A stretch of 64,000 bases of DNA, taken from positions 27,501 to 91,500 of the forward strand of contig CAVQIU010000009.1 in the NCBI GenBank assembly GCA_963712625.1, written 5' to 3'. The translations under genes were made by a program, and so were the position numbers. The DNA comes from an uncultured Actinomycetota bacterium (GTDB lineage: Bacteria > Actinomycetota > Actinomycetes > Propionibacteriales > Propionibacteriaceae). Positions 22,799 to 36,699 of this stretch are shown here, piece after piece. Position 1 is the stretch's first letter. Every line of letters starts with the position of its first letter. The notes under the pieces are model-generated. The model saw only the letters and a list, made by a program, of their open reading frames with translations, did no database searches and had not been told where the DNA came from.

Positions 22799-22864
22799 TA
22801 CGCGCCGAGTTGTCAGAATCTCAGCACCGAATATGGTGCTCAAATTCTGACAACTCGGCGCGTA
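22799..22864. repeat. 66-bp REP-like palindrome, possibly acting as terminator
   Basis: Perfect 21-bp arms TACGCGCCGAGTTGTCAGAAT / ATTCTGACAACTCGGCGCGTA plus inner AGCACC/GGTGCT. Confidence 0.85.
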
Positions 22865-22885
22865 ACTCGAGCTATCGCGTCAAGG

Positions 22886-23896
22886 TCAGGAAGTTCGCTC
22901 GAGGACGAAGTGCTTGTGCAGCAGCTGACCTTCGGTACCGAGCGCCAGCACGTCGATGCGGTTCACGCCCCAGGAGACCGCCGACGGAGTGTCAACGATG
23001 CCCGAGCCGATGGTCACCCATCCGGTCCAGCTCGTCCCGTCCCAGGATCGGTGCTCCAGTGTGTTGTCGTCTCCCTTGCGGAACAGGTCAAGCCGATCGG
23101 GACCCCACGTGGAGACTGCGACATCGGAATGGAGTCCGCCGCCTAGGTCCATCAGCCTGCGCCATTTTGAGCCGCGATACGAAGTCTGGTAGAGGTGATT
23201 GTCACGTCCGCGGAAGAAGACGTCGATCAAGTTCGGCCCTCGTGAGATGGCAGCAGGTGCACCTTCGAGGTTGCCGCCGAGCCGCTCGTACGCGCTCCAG
23301 GCGATACCGTCCCACGACTTGTGGTACAGCCCGTTGTCGCTGCCCCGGACGAAGACGTCTAGCCGATTTGGCGCCCACGAAGTCACGCTGGGGCTCGAGG
23401 TGAGGAATCCGCCGAGCGGGAAGTAGCCCATCCAGCCACCGTTCCAGGATTTCTGCCAGAGCTGGTTGTCGGCACCACGAACGAAGATGTCGAGCCGATC
23501 CGGCCCTCGCGCGACGGCTCCGGGCCCGCCCACGATGGCAGGCCCGAGATCGTCAGGTGCAGACCATGTCGACCCGTTGTACGCCCGGTGGAGCATGGTC
23601 TGGCCCCCGGCTCGTGCGAAGACGTCCAATCTGTTGACACTCCAGGAAGTCACGCTGGGCCCAGCGTTGAAGAAACCACCAAGATCATCCCAGTCGCTCC
23701 ATTGCGGGCCGCTCTCCGGCGGCGTCGTCGAAGGAGTCGGTGGTGACTTCCCGGAGGGACTTGGGGCCGGCGTGGTAGCGCGGGCGTCGTGGCGCGCCGT
23801 CAGGAAGAGACCGGTGCCCGCGAGCAGTAGCACCACGCTTCCCAAGATCACCGGTAGCGGCCACCGGCGTTGTGTGTTGATCATGCGGGGAAGCAC
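22886..23896 (-). CDS. Membrane-anchored or secreted six-repeat beta-propeller, lectin-like (PLL/DUF346-type repeats)
   Basis: N-terminal TM, Pro/Ser/Thr linker, six ~46-aa repeats S/T-W-G-P-N-R-L-D-V-F-V-R-G. Confidence 0.8.
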   Translation of the reverse strand: MLPRMINTQRRWPLPVILGSVVLLLAGTGLFLTARHDARATTPAPSPSGKSPPTPSTTPPESGPQWSDWDDLGGFFNAGPSVTSWSVNRLDVFARAGGQTMLHRAYNGSTWSAPDDLGPAIVGGPGAVARGPDRLDIFVRGADNQLWQKSWNGGWMGYFPLGGFLTSSPSVTSWAPNRLDVFVRGSDNGLYHKSWDGIAWSAYERLGGNLEGAPAAISRGPNLIDVFFRGRDNHLYQTSYRGSKWRRLMDLGGGLHSDVAVSTWGPDRLDLFRKGDDNTLEHRSWDGTSWTGWVTIGSGIVDTPSAVSWGVNRIDVLALGTEGQLLHKHFVLERTS

Positions 23897-24021
23897 GACA
23901 AAGCACGATATCCCTTAGGACACTGACTTGTCAGCGCCTCAGCCGGGTCTGTATCCAACTGAGATGATCACAACTCGGTCACTTCCGGATGATCTTGCCG
24001 ACCAAGATGATCACAAGTCGA

Positions 24022-25697
24022 TTACTTCGCGATGATCTTGCCCGGGTTGAAGTTCCGACCGGGGTCCATCGCTGTGAACAGTCCGTCGATCATGTGTACG
24101 CCGGGAGCGGAGATGTCCTGCTCCAGCCACGCGGCATGCTCGGTCCCAACGGCGTGATGGTGCGACAGGGTGCCGCCGGAGTCGACGAATGCCTGCTGGA
24201 TGGCGTTCTTGAGCGGTTCGTACTGAGCAAGCGGGTCGACGCCGTCGTGCTTGAAGGCGAAAGTGAAGTACAGGCACGCGCCGGAGTGGTAGGAGTGCGA
24301 GAGGTGGCACATGATCCAGCCCGGCACACCCAGGTGCGCGTACACCTTCTCGGCAGCCGCGTTGACGTTCTTGTACAGCGGCAGGAGTTTCGACCAGGGC
24401 GCTGCCGTCTCAGAGACATCGCCGATTGCTCCGCGATCCAGCAAGAAGTCACGAATGTAAGGGGTATCGAACTTCTTCTGGTCGTACAGCACGCCCGGAC
24501 CTTTGCCGACCAGGATCCCGCCGTGCTTGCCGACGATGTCTTTGACGATCTTCTTCTGCCGCGCGACATGTGGCTTGCCGCCCTCGTAGCCGATGAAGGA
24601 CAGGCAGACCTCGTCGAGGTTCCAGCCGCGTCGCTGCAGGACCTTCATCAGTCCTTTGCTGATCAACGAGGAGATCGAGATCCCGCTCGACTTCTTCCTT
24701 GTCGCAAAGGAGAACGCGGTCTCCTTTGCATCGGAGACTCGAGTGATGGACGGATGCGCATCGCTGGTCGGAGATCTCCTGCATCGCGGCCAGTCCGGCC
24801 TCCCAGGACGGGAACAGGTATCCCAAGATCACCCGTACTTCGGGGATCCGATGCACCTGCACTGTGACCTCGGTGATGACGCCAAGGCGACCTTCGGAGC
24901 CGAGCACCATCTGGCGTACGCTCGGGCCGGTCGAGGTGTGCGGTAACGGCCGAACATCAAGCACCTTGCCCGGCATGACGACTCGCATGCCGCGCGCGAT
25001 GTCGGAGATATCGCCGTACTTGTCCGACTGCATGCCCGATGAGCGCGTTGCGACCCAGCCGCCCAGCGTGCTGTGGGTGAAGCTGTCGGGGTAGTGCCCC
25101 AGACACCAGCCCCGTGCGCCCAGCTGCTCCTCCAGATCGGGGCCCAGAGCGCCCGCCTGAATGCGGGCCAACCCGGACACCTCGTCAATGTCGATCAGCC
25201 TGTTCATCCGACCAAGATCAAGTGAGATGACCGGGCGAGTCTCATCTTCCGGCGCATGCAGACTGCCGGCGATGTTGCTGCCTCCGCCGTAGGGAATGAT
25301 CACCGCATCTGCGGCTACGGCGCGATCAACGATGAGCTGTACCTCAGCCTCGTTGGCCGGGATAGACCACGACGTCCGGCACGCGGGGGATGTCGCCCGC
25401 CCGAATCCGGAGCAAGTCGCGCGCGCTCTTGCCGTAGGTGTGCACGATCCTGTCAAGATCGTCTTGCGTCGCGTTCTCGGCACCGACGGCATCGGTCAGC
25501 TCTGCGAGCAGCTGATCGCCGATCACGGGAGCAGGGATCGGCAGGTCGTCGAGCGACATCGGGGCACTCGGCGCGGTGTTGACGTCAAGATCGATGGCAT
25601 TGAGTACGAACGGCTGAAAAGCCGGCTTGTCCTCGTGGTGGAAGCTCACGCCTTCGACTCCCCAGCCCCACCACTTCATGTGCTTGACGTCGGGCAT
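24022..25697 (-). CDS. FAD-linked alkyl-dihydroxyacetonephosphate synthase (AGPS)-like protein, frameshifted
   Basis: KWWGWG, PYGGGSN, GHYPDS..STLGGWVATRSSG, STGP, GSEGRLGVIT, PYIRD, ETAAPW, HLSHSY, GACLYF, SHHHAVG. Confidence 0.85.
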
Positions 25698-25733
25698 CCC
25701 GATTGTTCTCCTTCGCTCTGATGCTGAGCAGGC

Positions 25734-26413
25734 CTACGCCTGGTTGGCGCGGTAGGTGGTGGCGTAGTCGATCAGCCCGCTCACCTCTTTGGTGATGCGT
25801 TCAGAGAACTGGACGACCGTCTCGCCGTCCTCGGCCCGCATGGGCTCCCCGAAAGCAACGAAGACCGGGAGCCGGCCGCGACTCGGCCAGTTCTGGCCAT
25901 AGGGCATCGCCTCGGATGCGCCGACGATCGCAACCGGTAGACAGGGCACATCGCGACTGATGCACAGCGCTGCGGCACCCGGCTTGAATGCGCCCATCTC
26001 GCCGGTTCGCGAGCGCGTGCCTTCGGGAAAGAGCAGTAGCGGTACGCCGTCGTCGAGCAGGCTGGTCGCCAAACCATGCGACCGCGCAGTCCGGTGCGGT
26101 CGACCGGGAACGCATTGAAGAACAGCGACGTCAGGCCCTTGCGCCACCACACATCGAAGAAGTAGTCGGCCGCGGCTCCCGCAGCGACGTAGCGGGAGAT
26201 CTTGCGTGGCATGGATCCGAAGATCAGCGGAGCATCGAGATGGCTCGCGTGATTCGAGACGATGACGAATGGTCGATCGAGGCCTTTGAGATTTTCCTCG
26301 CCTAGCACGGTCACGGTCACGAGGCGCCAGACCAGCGGCTTGAGCAAGCCCCGCTGCGCAACGAACCGCGCGCCGGCATGCACCGGCGAGGTGTAGCGGG
26401 TCCGGCTCGACAT
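25734..26413 (-). CDS. Lysophospholipid/PlsC-type acyltransferase, frameshifted
   Basis: NHASHLD (HX4D), FPVDR, FPEGTRS, FKPG. Confidence 0.9.
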
Positions 26414-26495
26414 GGGCTTAGCCTAACCCGAGCGGCGGCGGTCGATTGCTGGCCGAGTCCTCACTCTGAGAGTTCGGAGCCCGCCAGCCTGCATG

Positions 26496-26546
26496 TGTCC
26501 CTGAGCCTCACAGTCGGATGTGTGCCGCTGAGCCTGTCGAAGGGCA
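26496..26546. repeat. Short REP-like motifs (CTGAGCCT...; GCTGAGCCTGTCGAAGGG)
   Basis: Two related motifs; the core TGAGCCTGTCGA also occurs near 10387. Confidence 0.4.
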
Positions 26547-26559
26547 GGCGAGCTGAGCC

Positions 26560-26846
26560 CTACCCAAGTCGTTCGCGGAGGTGGATGGTGACGGTGTCAC
26601 CCTCGCTGCTTGTCGAGCACCTGGCGCAGATCGGCCCTGATCGGAAGCTTGTGCGTGCCGTCACCCAGCGGCATGAAGGAGCTGCGGAAGTCATGGCCGT
26701 CGACCGTGCCGGCGATCTTGACCAGACTGCGGGTGCCGAAGAACTCGGCGCTCCAGCCAGTCACGACATAGGTCCAGCCGCCCTTGGCCGGGCTCTTGCT
26801 GCAACGCGGCAGTGAAGGTCTTGTTGAGTGGCACCTGTGCTGTCAC
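26560..26846 (-). CDS. DUF1905-domain protein, frameshifted
   Basis: [41 protein letters not shown]. Confidence 0.8.
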
Positions 26847-27224
26847 GACGACTCCTCCACGATGTAGAAGCGGTTGCCGTCGGGATCGTCGAAGCTGAAC
26901 ATGGGCGGCACGTTGTCCCAGCTCAGCAGGTCGCCGACGTCGACTCCGCGCTCCCGCATGGCTGCATGTTCCGCGGCCGCATCGGGAACGGTGAAGCGTA
27001 CGCCGGTGTGCTGCGCCGATAGCTGCTGACGCTTCGGCCGCGTTGAGGGCGATCGAGGTAGTGGCACCTGGCGGGGCGACCTCGACCCATCGCATCGTCG
27101 GGCTGATCGGGGCGTCGAGTCGCTTCTCGAAGCCGAGCGTGTCGACGAAGAAGGCGAGTGCCTCGTCCTGGTTCGTGACAGTGATCCCAATCGTGCGTAC
27201 ATCGGTGATGGTGGTGGCGGGCAT
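26843..27224 (-). CDS. VOC/glyoxalase family protein, frameshifted
   Basis: ITVTNQDEALAFFVDTLGFE, RWVEVAPPG, FSFDDPDGNRF. Confidence 0.88.
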
Positions 27225-27251
27225 GTGAATCTCCTTAGCGTGTTTGGGATT

Positions 27252-28020
27252 TCAGCTCTGGCCGTACATCAGGGAGCCCGGGGTCGTGAGGCTCTGGCCC
27301 GTCTCGAGCCAGGTCTTCAAGCCGGAGAGGATCATCGGCCAGCCGCCGTACAGTTCGGGCGGCGCATCGGCACTCAACTGATCATGGGTGACGGTCAGCC
27401 GACACGAGTCACCGATGGGTTCGATCTCCCACGTCACCCGTGACGTCCCCTCGCGCTCGGCCTCCTCGCTCCACAGGGTGTGCATGGTCTGTACGAGTCG
27501 GCGCGGTCGGTCGACAACGAGGTTATCGCCCTCGGCAAGCGGGCCGTCGCTGCCCGGATGGATCAGCAGTATAGCGGGAGCCAGGCGTCCAGTCAGACTC
27601 GACGCCGGCACCGAAGTGGTACTTGGCGCGGATCACCGGATCAGTGATCGCTTCCCACAGCCGCTCCGGGGTCGTACGGATGTAGATCTCGAAGATCTTT
27701 TCCATCGGCTGCTCCAGTTCATGTTTCAAGCTGGCCAGACCGGCGGCCCACGGCTCGGTGTACTTGCTCACCCACCGGTCATGGATGAGTCGGATCGGGA
27801 CGGTGTTCAAGAAGTGCAACTTCTCCCGACCCCGGCGCCGGCTCACGACGAGGCCAGCCTCCTCGAGCAGGCGGAGATGCTTGGCGACGCCGATCCGCGT
27901 CATGTCGTGGCCGGCGGTCAAGGCCACCAGGGTCTGACCGTCATGCTCGAACAGTGCGTCGAGCAGCGCGCGCCGAGTCGGATCGGCAAGCGCCCGGAAC
28001 ACCGTCTCCACAACATCCAC
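27252..28020 (-). CDS. ArsR-family HTH fused to SRPBCC (AHSA1) domain, frameshifted
   Basis: FRALADPTRR..KHLRLLEEAGLV; IYIRTTPERLWEAITDP; GGWPMILSGLKTWLETG. Confidence 0.9.
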
Positions 28021-28023
28021 AAT

Positions 28024-28048
28024 AGGAAACCAAATGGTTTCCTGTCAA
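28024..28048 (-). promoter_or_regulatory. Palindromic operator between -35 TTGACA and -10 of the ArsR-SRPBCC gene
   Basis: AGGAAACC-AAAT-GGTTTCCT; TTGACA on minus strand at 28048-28043. Confidence 0.7.
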
Positions 28049-28175
28049 GAGCGGACCCTCTGTCTTCCCTCAGGCGCAGGACGTTTCGCCGCACGGGCGT
28101 CAAGGCGACCCATGCTCTGGCTTATTTGGGGACGTTGCGCCGCACAACCGCGAATGCGACACACGCTCCGCGGTA

Positions 28176-28945
28176 CTAGTGGCGGCTGGACGTGAGGTTG
28201 CGCGAGATCGCCCGGACGGCGCGGTGCGGCAGATGCTCGCAGATCGTCATCAGCACCTTGTAGCGCTTGGAGGGGATGGAGATCACCTTGCCTTCGGAAG
28301 CATCATCCAGGCAGTCGGCCACGAGCCGATCGGCGTCCAACCACAGCGCGGAGGGGATGGAACCGATGTTGATATTGGCGCGCTCGTGGAATTCCGTACG
28401 CACCCAACCTGGGCACAGCGCCGTGACCTTGACCCCGGTGCCATGCAGCTCATTCGCCAGGCTCTCGGTATAGGCCGTGACCCAGGTCTTGATCGCCGAG
28501 TAGCTGCCCATGGCCACGAAGCCTGCGGTACTCGAGACGTTGATGATCGTGCCGGCTCCTCGCTCGCGCATGGTCCGTCCAGCAGCCGCGCTGAGCATCA
28601 AGACCGCCCTGATCATGACATCGATGCCGTGTTCGTGGGGACGTGGTATCGGCGGTCGGTGAGTTTCGCCCGAATTCCGAAGCCGGCATTGTTGATCAAC
28701 ATGTCGATCGGCTGCTCGGTGCTGGTCAGCCGCTCCGCGATCCCGACCACCTCACCGCGCACGGCCAGATCGGCAACGATCGTCTCGACGTTGACTGCGT
28801 GCCGCTCCTTCAGTTCGGTCGCGACATCGGACAGCCGGTCGGCGTTCCGAGCCACCAGCACAAGATCATCGCCACGCGCCGCCAGCGCTCGTGCGAACGC
28901 GGCGCCGATGCCTGACGTACCTCCGGTGATCAGCGCAGTTGCCAT
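28176..28945 (-). CDS. Short-chain dehydrogenase/reductase, frameshifted
   Basis: TGGTSGIG, NNAGFG, NVSS, YSAIK (YxxxK), CPGWVRTEF. Confidence 0.92.
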
Positions 28946-29136
28946 GCGCTCACCCTATGCGTGTCCTAAGCGGCAATCCTTCCAGCGGTGACGACGGCAC
29001 ATGTCGAGCACCAGACTCTCGACCGATTCGATTTGACTGACGACGGTTTGCACGAAGTTGCAACGTATGCAGACGCGTCAGAGCACGCTACGTGAACGCA
29101 GGTTTCCGCAGCGGGCGCTAGATGAATCGCGCTCGT

Positions 29137-32413
<3,277 letters not shown>

Positions 32414-32479
32414 GACTCTGACGTTATCGGCAAGTGCCGTGGCGATCTAAGCGTCAGGGACGGCGCAGTCGGAACTATC

Positions 32480-34000
32480 TTGGTTCGCGTGGCTGCCCCC
32501 GTTCCGCCAGAGATTCCTGGTATGGCGGATTGGCGCGCGATCGCCCGGGGCGGCTTCGCGATCGTCTGGCAGGCCCGCCAGGAGTCGCTGAACCGATTGG
32601 TCGCCGTCAAGGTCGACGAACGCAAGCTGGACACCGAAGCCGAGCAGCGACGCTTTCTGCGTGAAGCGGGTGCCGCAGGCAGGATGTCGGGACACCCGGC
32701 ATTGTCACCGTCCATGACGCCGGTCTGCTTGGCGACGATCGCCCCTTCCTCGTCATGGAACTATGTCCGGGCGGTTCACTGACACGGTGGATGACAGAGG
32801 ATCCGCGACCGAGCCAACGTCGGGTGCGCGAGGTGGGGGTACGGATCGCCGATGCCTTGGCCGCGGCGCATCTTGCTCGGCGTGCTGCATCGCGACGTCA
32901 AGCCGGCCAACATCTTGATCGACGCGTACAACAACGCAGGGTTGGCTGACTTCGGGCTGGCCGCACTCATCGATCCGGACATGCCACTCAGCGAGACCGT
33001 CGAAGCGATCACCCCCGCGTACGCTCCGCCGGAGGTTTTCGCCAAGAAGCCGCTCACCGAGTACGCCGACGTCTATTCCCTCGCGGCCACGCTGTACGCC
33101 GTCCTCAGCGGTCACGCCCCACGCTGGTCGGAGACCACCGAGACGCCGAGCATTCCCGAGATCATCAAGCGGCAGAAGGCGCCGATCAAGCGCATCCCCG
33201 GAGTGGACAAGGCCTTCATGGATGTGCTGCTGAAGGCCATGGTCAGAGGAACCGGAGAACCGGCCGACCGCTGCGCAATTTCGTGATCAACTGGCCGGCT
33301 CTCAATCTGTCGGCCAAGCTCGCGCCGCGGCCGCAGGCAACCTCAGAGCCCAGTGATGAGTCCGCACCTCCTCCGCCGTCTGCGAACGTGGCACCGGCCG
33401 CCGCCAAGCCCGCGCCGGCCATGCGAGCCGTCAGGCAGATGGGAGCGTCGCGGTGTGGCGACCTTGATCATCGCCGCGGTGTTGATCGTGGTGGCATCGG
33501 CGATTGCCGTGGTCGAACCTCGCGACGCGCACGCCGGCCGCAGTCGAGCCGACGCCGGCTGTGAGCTCCAACGTGCCCCCAGAGCCCGAGCCAAACCGCC
33601 GGTCGTTGTGCCGGCCGGATTCATCGACTGCTCCGAGCAGCTCGGCAATAGACACCTACTGCGCGTCGCGACCGGAATGTTGGGCGGAGTGATCGGGCTC
33701 TCCGATGTTCCCGGACCTCGGGACCAAGCAGGACTGCGACAAGACGCACGTGTACCAGACCTTCATTGCCGGCCGAATGTACATACGACCTGCGGCGACA
33801 ATCCCAGCTGGAATCCGATGCCCACATCCGCCGCGTGTGCACCAATGAGATGGCGAACTCGATGTTGCGGCTCCGGGGATCGCCGCTCAGATTGGGAAAT
33901 CCGCTACCTCGGACCGCAGCAGCCGAACGAGTATTACTTCCGCTGCATCATCGGCCGCGGCGAGCGGTCGGAGCCGCTCGAGTTTCACGCTCCTGGCTGA
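32480..34000 (+). CDS. Membrane Ser/Thr protein kinase with Cys-rich extracellular domain, frameshifted
   Basis: ARGGFAIVW, VAVK, HRDVKPANIL, DFGLA, TPAYAPPE, DVYSL; TM segment; at least six Cys in C-terminal region. Confidence 0.85.
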
Positions 34001-34808
34001 CGGCGGCCAGCTGTTCAATGCCGGTGAGCAGCCGGTCCAGCATGCGCTCGAAATCCCAGCCGGCGGGATCGTCGAATCCGCCGGCCTCCCAGATCGCCGC
34101 CATAGTTGGGGTAACGGTTCCAGTCGAAGTAGGTCTCCCAGAAGCTGGCCCGGGAATCCCAATAGGCCTCAGCAGAGACGCCGGTATGCCGAGCCTCGTC
34201 GGCGTCACTGATCATGGAGCGCGCGGCGCCCAGCAGCTGCCACTGGATCAGATTGGAAATCGCGACGTTCTCCGCGCCGGCGAATCCGGCAGTCGAGCAG
34301 CGCGGCATAGAGCGCCTCGGAGACGTCCAGGACATGCGGGCCGATCGGAAGCCGGGCCATGTTGTAGTCCAGTAGCCACGGGTGCGCGTCATAGATGCGC
34401 CAGGTTTCTCGAGCCCACTGCTTCGACCCGCTGCTGCCATGGCAGCTCGGGCTCGGGGAGGGCGTGCTCGCCGTAGACGCGATCGATCATGAGCTCGACC
34501 AGCTCGGAGCGGCCGGGCACATAGGTGTATAGCGACATTGCGCCGATCCCGAGGCGGCTCGCGACCTTTCGCATGGACAGAGCGGCCAGGCCCTCGGCGT
34601 CCGCGATCGCCACTCCTGCAGCGACGACATCGACGAGGCTGATGCGGGGCTTGGGGCCGCGTACGGGAGGTTGTTGCGTGGGCGCCCAGAGCAGCTCGAC
34701 GACTCGACGGCCCTCTGGCGTGCCTGGCTGCGGCATCGGCGCCGATCCTCGGCCGACATCTTGGCCGTCGGTCGCGCGTGGCTCTTGCTGTCTGGCTGGC
34801 TCGGTCAC
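33948..34808 (-). CDS. TetR-family regulator, frameshifted
   Basis: RGPKPRISL..ADAEGLAALSMRKVASRLGIGAMSLYTYVPGR; C-terminal FERMLDRLLTGI. Confidence 0.88.
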
Positions 34809-34859
34809 GCTTGCATCCTTGCGCTCAAAATTGTCAGTGGCACGTGATGGTCTTATCTC

Positions 34860-34898
34860 CGTACAGTGTATGCTAATTCTAATCCAGTACGGCGTACG
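34860..34898. promoter_or_regulatory. Two TetR-type palindromic operators in the divergent intergenic region
   Basis: CGTACAGTGTATG (34860-34872) and AGTACGGCGTACG (34886-34898). Confidence 0.6.
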
Positions 34899-34946
34899 GA
34901 GTTCGATCGGGAAGGTATCGATGATCCACCAAGGGTGATCCCAGGA

Positions 34947-35919
34947 GTGATCCACACAGAGCGGCTGACAAGGCACTTCGTCAGCAAGAAGGAAACCGTC
35001 GAAGCGGTGAAGGGGGTCGACATCGACGTCGCCGCAGGCGAGCTGGTGGCCTTCCTCGGGCCGAACGGCGCAGGAAAGTCCACCACATTGCGGATGCTGA
35101 CCACCCTGCTGCCACCAACCTCGGGCACTGCCTGGGTGGCTGGAGCGAGCATCACCACCGAGCCGGCCGTGGTGCGCTCCCGGATCGGCTACATCGGCCA
35201 GGGCGATGCCGCCGGGCACAGCTTCCGGGTGATGGACGAGTTGGTCATGCAGGGTCGGTTCTATGGCATGAACAGCCTCCGACTCGCTGGCTCGGGCCCG
35301 GGAGCTGACCAAGACGCCTCGACCTGACCTCGCTCGAGAAGCGGAAGGTCAGCACGCTGTCCGGCGGTCAGCGGCGGAGACTCGATATCGCGCTCGGGCT
35401 GATGCACAGCCCAGGGCTGCTCTTCCTCGATGAGCCGTCGACCGGGATGGATCCGCACAACCGGGCCAACCTCTGGGAGCACATCAATCGACTGCGTGAT
35501 CGGCAGGAGACCACCATCGTGCTCACCACGCACTACCTCGAGGAGGCCGACTCCCACGCCGAGCGAGTGCTGGTTATTGATCATGGCGAGATCATCGCCA
35601 ACGACACCGCGGCCAATCTCAAGGCGACGACTGGCCGGTGACCGGATCATGGTCACGGTCGACGGTGCATGATCTCGCTGCTGCGTCAGCTGTGGTCGCT
35701 GCGTCGGGGCAGAGAGCTGACCACCTCCAACGGCTCGCGCGAGGTGACGATCGCCGGACGCTTCGATCAGGGCACGCGTACGCTGCCCTGGCTGCTGCGC
35801 GAACTTGATCATGCCGGAGTCGAGGTACGGGCGGCCGACGTAGGGTTCCGACCCTGGACGACGTCTTTTTGAGTCTGACCGGCCGAAGCTTGCGCGAGGA
35901 AAGTGAGGTGGCCTCATGA
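34947..35919 (+). CDS. DrrA-like ABC exporter ATP-binding protein, frameshifted
   Basis: GPNGAGKST, LSGGQRRRLDIA, FLDEPSTG, TTHYLEEA, TLDDVF. Confidence 0.9.
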
Positions 35920-36683
35920 GCACCTTGGTTTTTGACACTCGAGCTGTGTTTCAGCGGGAGATGTCGTTGGTGCTCCGCGATCCGTTCTCGGTGATCTTCT
36001 CCCTTGTCCAGCCGCTGGTCTTCCTGGGCCTCTTCGGTCCGCTGCTGGCCGGCTCGGTGGATCCGGCCGCGCTCAACGGTGCGTCGCCGCTGCAGTGGTT
36101 CCTGCCGGGAGTGATCGTGATGATCTGCTTGTTCGGGACCAGCACAACCGGTGCAAACCTGCTGTTCGAGATCATGACGGGTTCTTACGAGCGGGTGCTG
36201 GCGAGCTCCGCTGCACCGCTCCGCGATCTTGATCGGCAAGGCCCTGAAGGAGCTGGCGCCGCTTGTCGTGCAGGCTGCACTGGTCGTGTTGGTATCGATC
36301 CCGTTCGGGTTCAAGCTCTACCCCGTACACGTGCTGGCCGGGCTGTTGCTGCTCGGCGTCTTCGGAGTGGGCATGGGCGCGTTCTCCAATGCGCTGGCCA
36401 TCGCATCGCGCAAGCGGGAGTGGATGTTCTGGGCGGTTCAGCAGTCGTTGCTGTTCCCGCTGTTGATCTTGTCGGGAATGATGCTGCCGCTGGAGGCCGG
36501 GCCGCGTGGATCCAGGTGCTCGGCCGGTTCAACCCGCTGACCTACATCGTGGATGCAGAGCGGGCGCTGTTCTCTGGCACCTTCAACGATCCGGCGATCG
36601 GATGGGCCGTGCTCGTGGCGGTGATCACCTGCGCTGCCGGTCTCTGGGTTGGCGTCAAGCAGGTCGCCCGCAGCACAACCTGA
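35916..36683 (+). CDS. ABC-2 (DrrB-like) permease, frameshifted
   Basis: LVQPLVFLGLFG, FLPG, LSGMMLPL, NPLTYIVDA; ATGA overlap with the ATPase gene. Confidence 0.9.
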   Translation: MSTLVFDTRAVFQREMSLVLRDPFSVIFSLVQPLVFLGLFGPLLAGSVDPAALNGASPLQWFLPGVIVMICLFGTSTTGANLLFEIMTGSYERVLASSAAPLRDLDRQGPEGAGAACRAGCTGRVGIDPVRVQALPRTRAGRAVAARRLRSGHGRVLQCAGHRIAQAGVDVLGGSAVVAVPAVDLVGNDAAAGGRAAWIQVLGRFNPLTYIVDAERALFSGTFNDPAIGWAVLVAVITCAAGLWVGVKQVARSTT

Positions 36684-36699
36684 TGTCTTGCAGTCGCGC

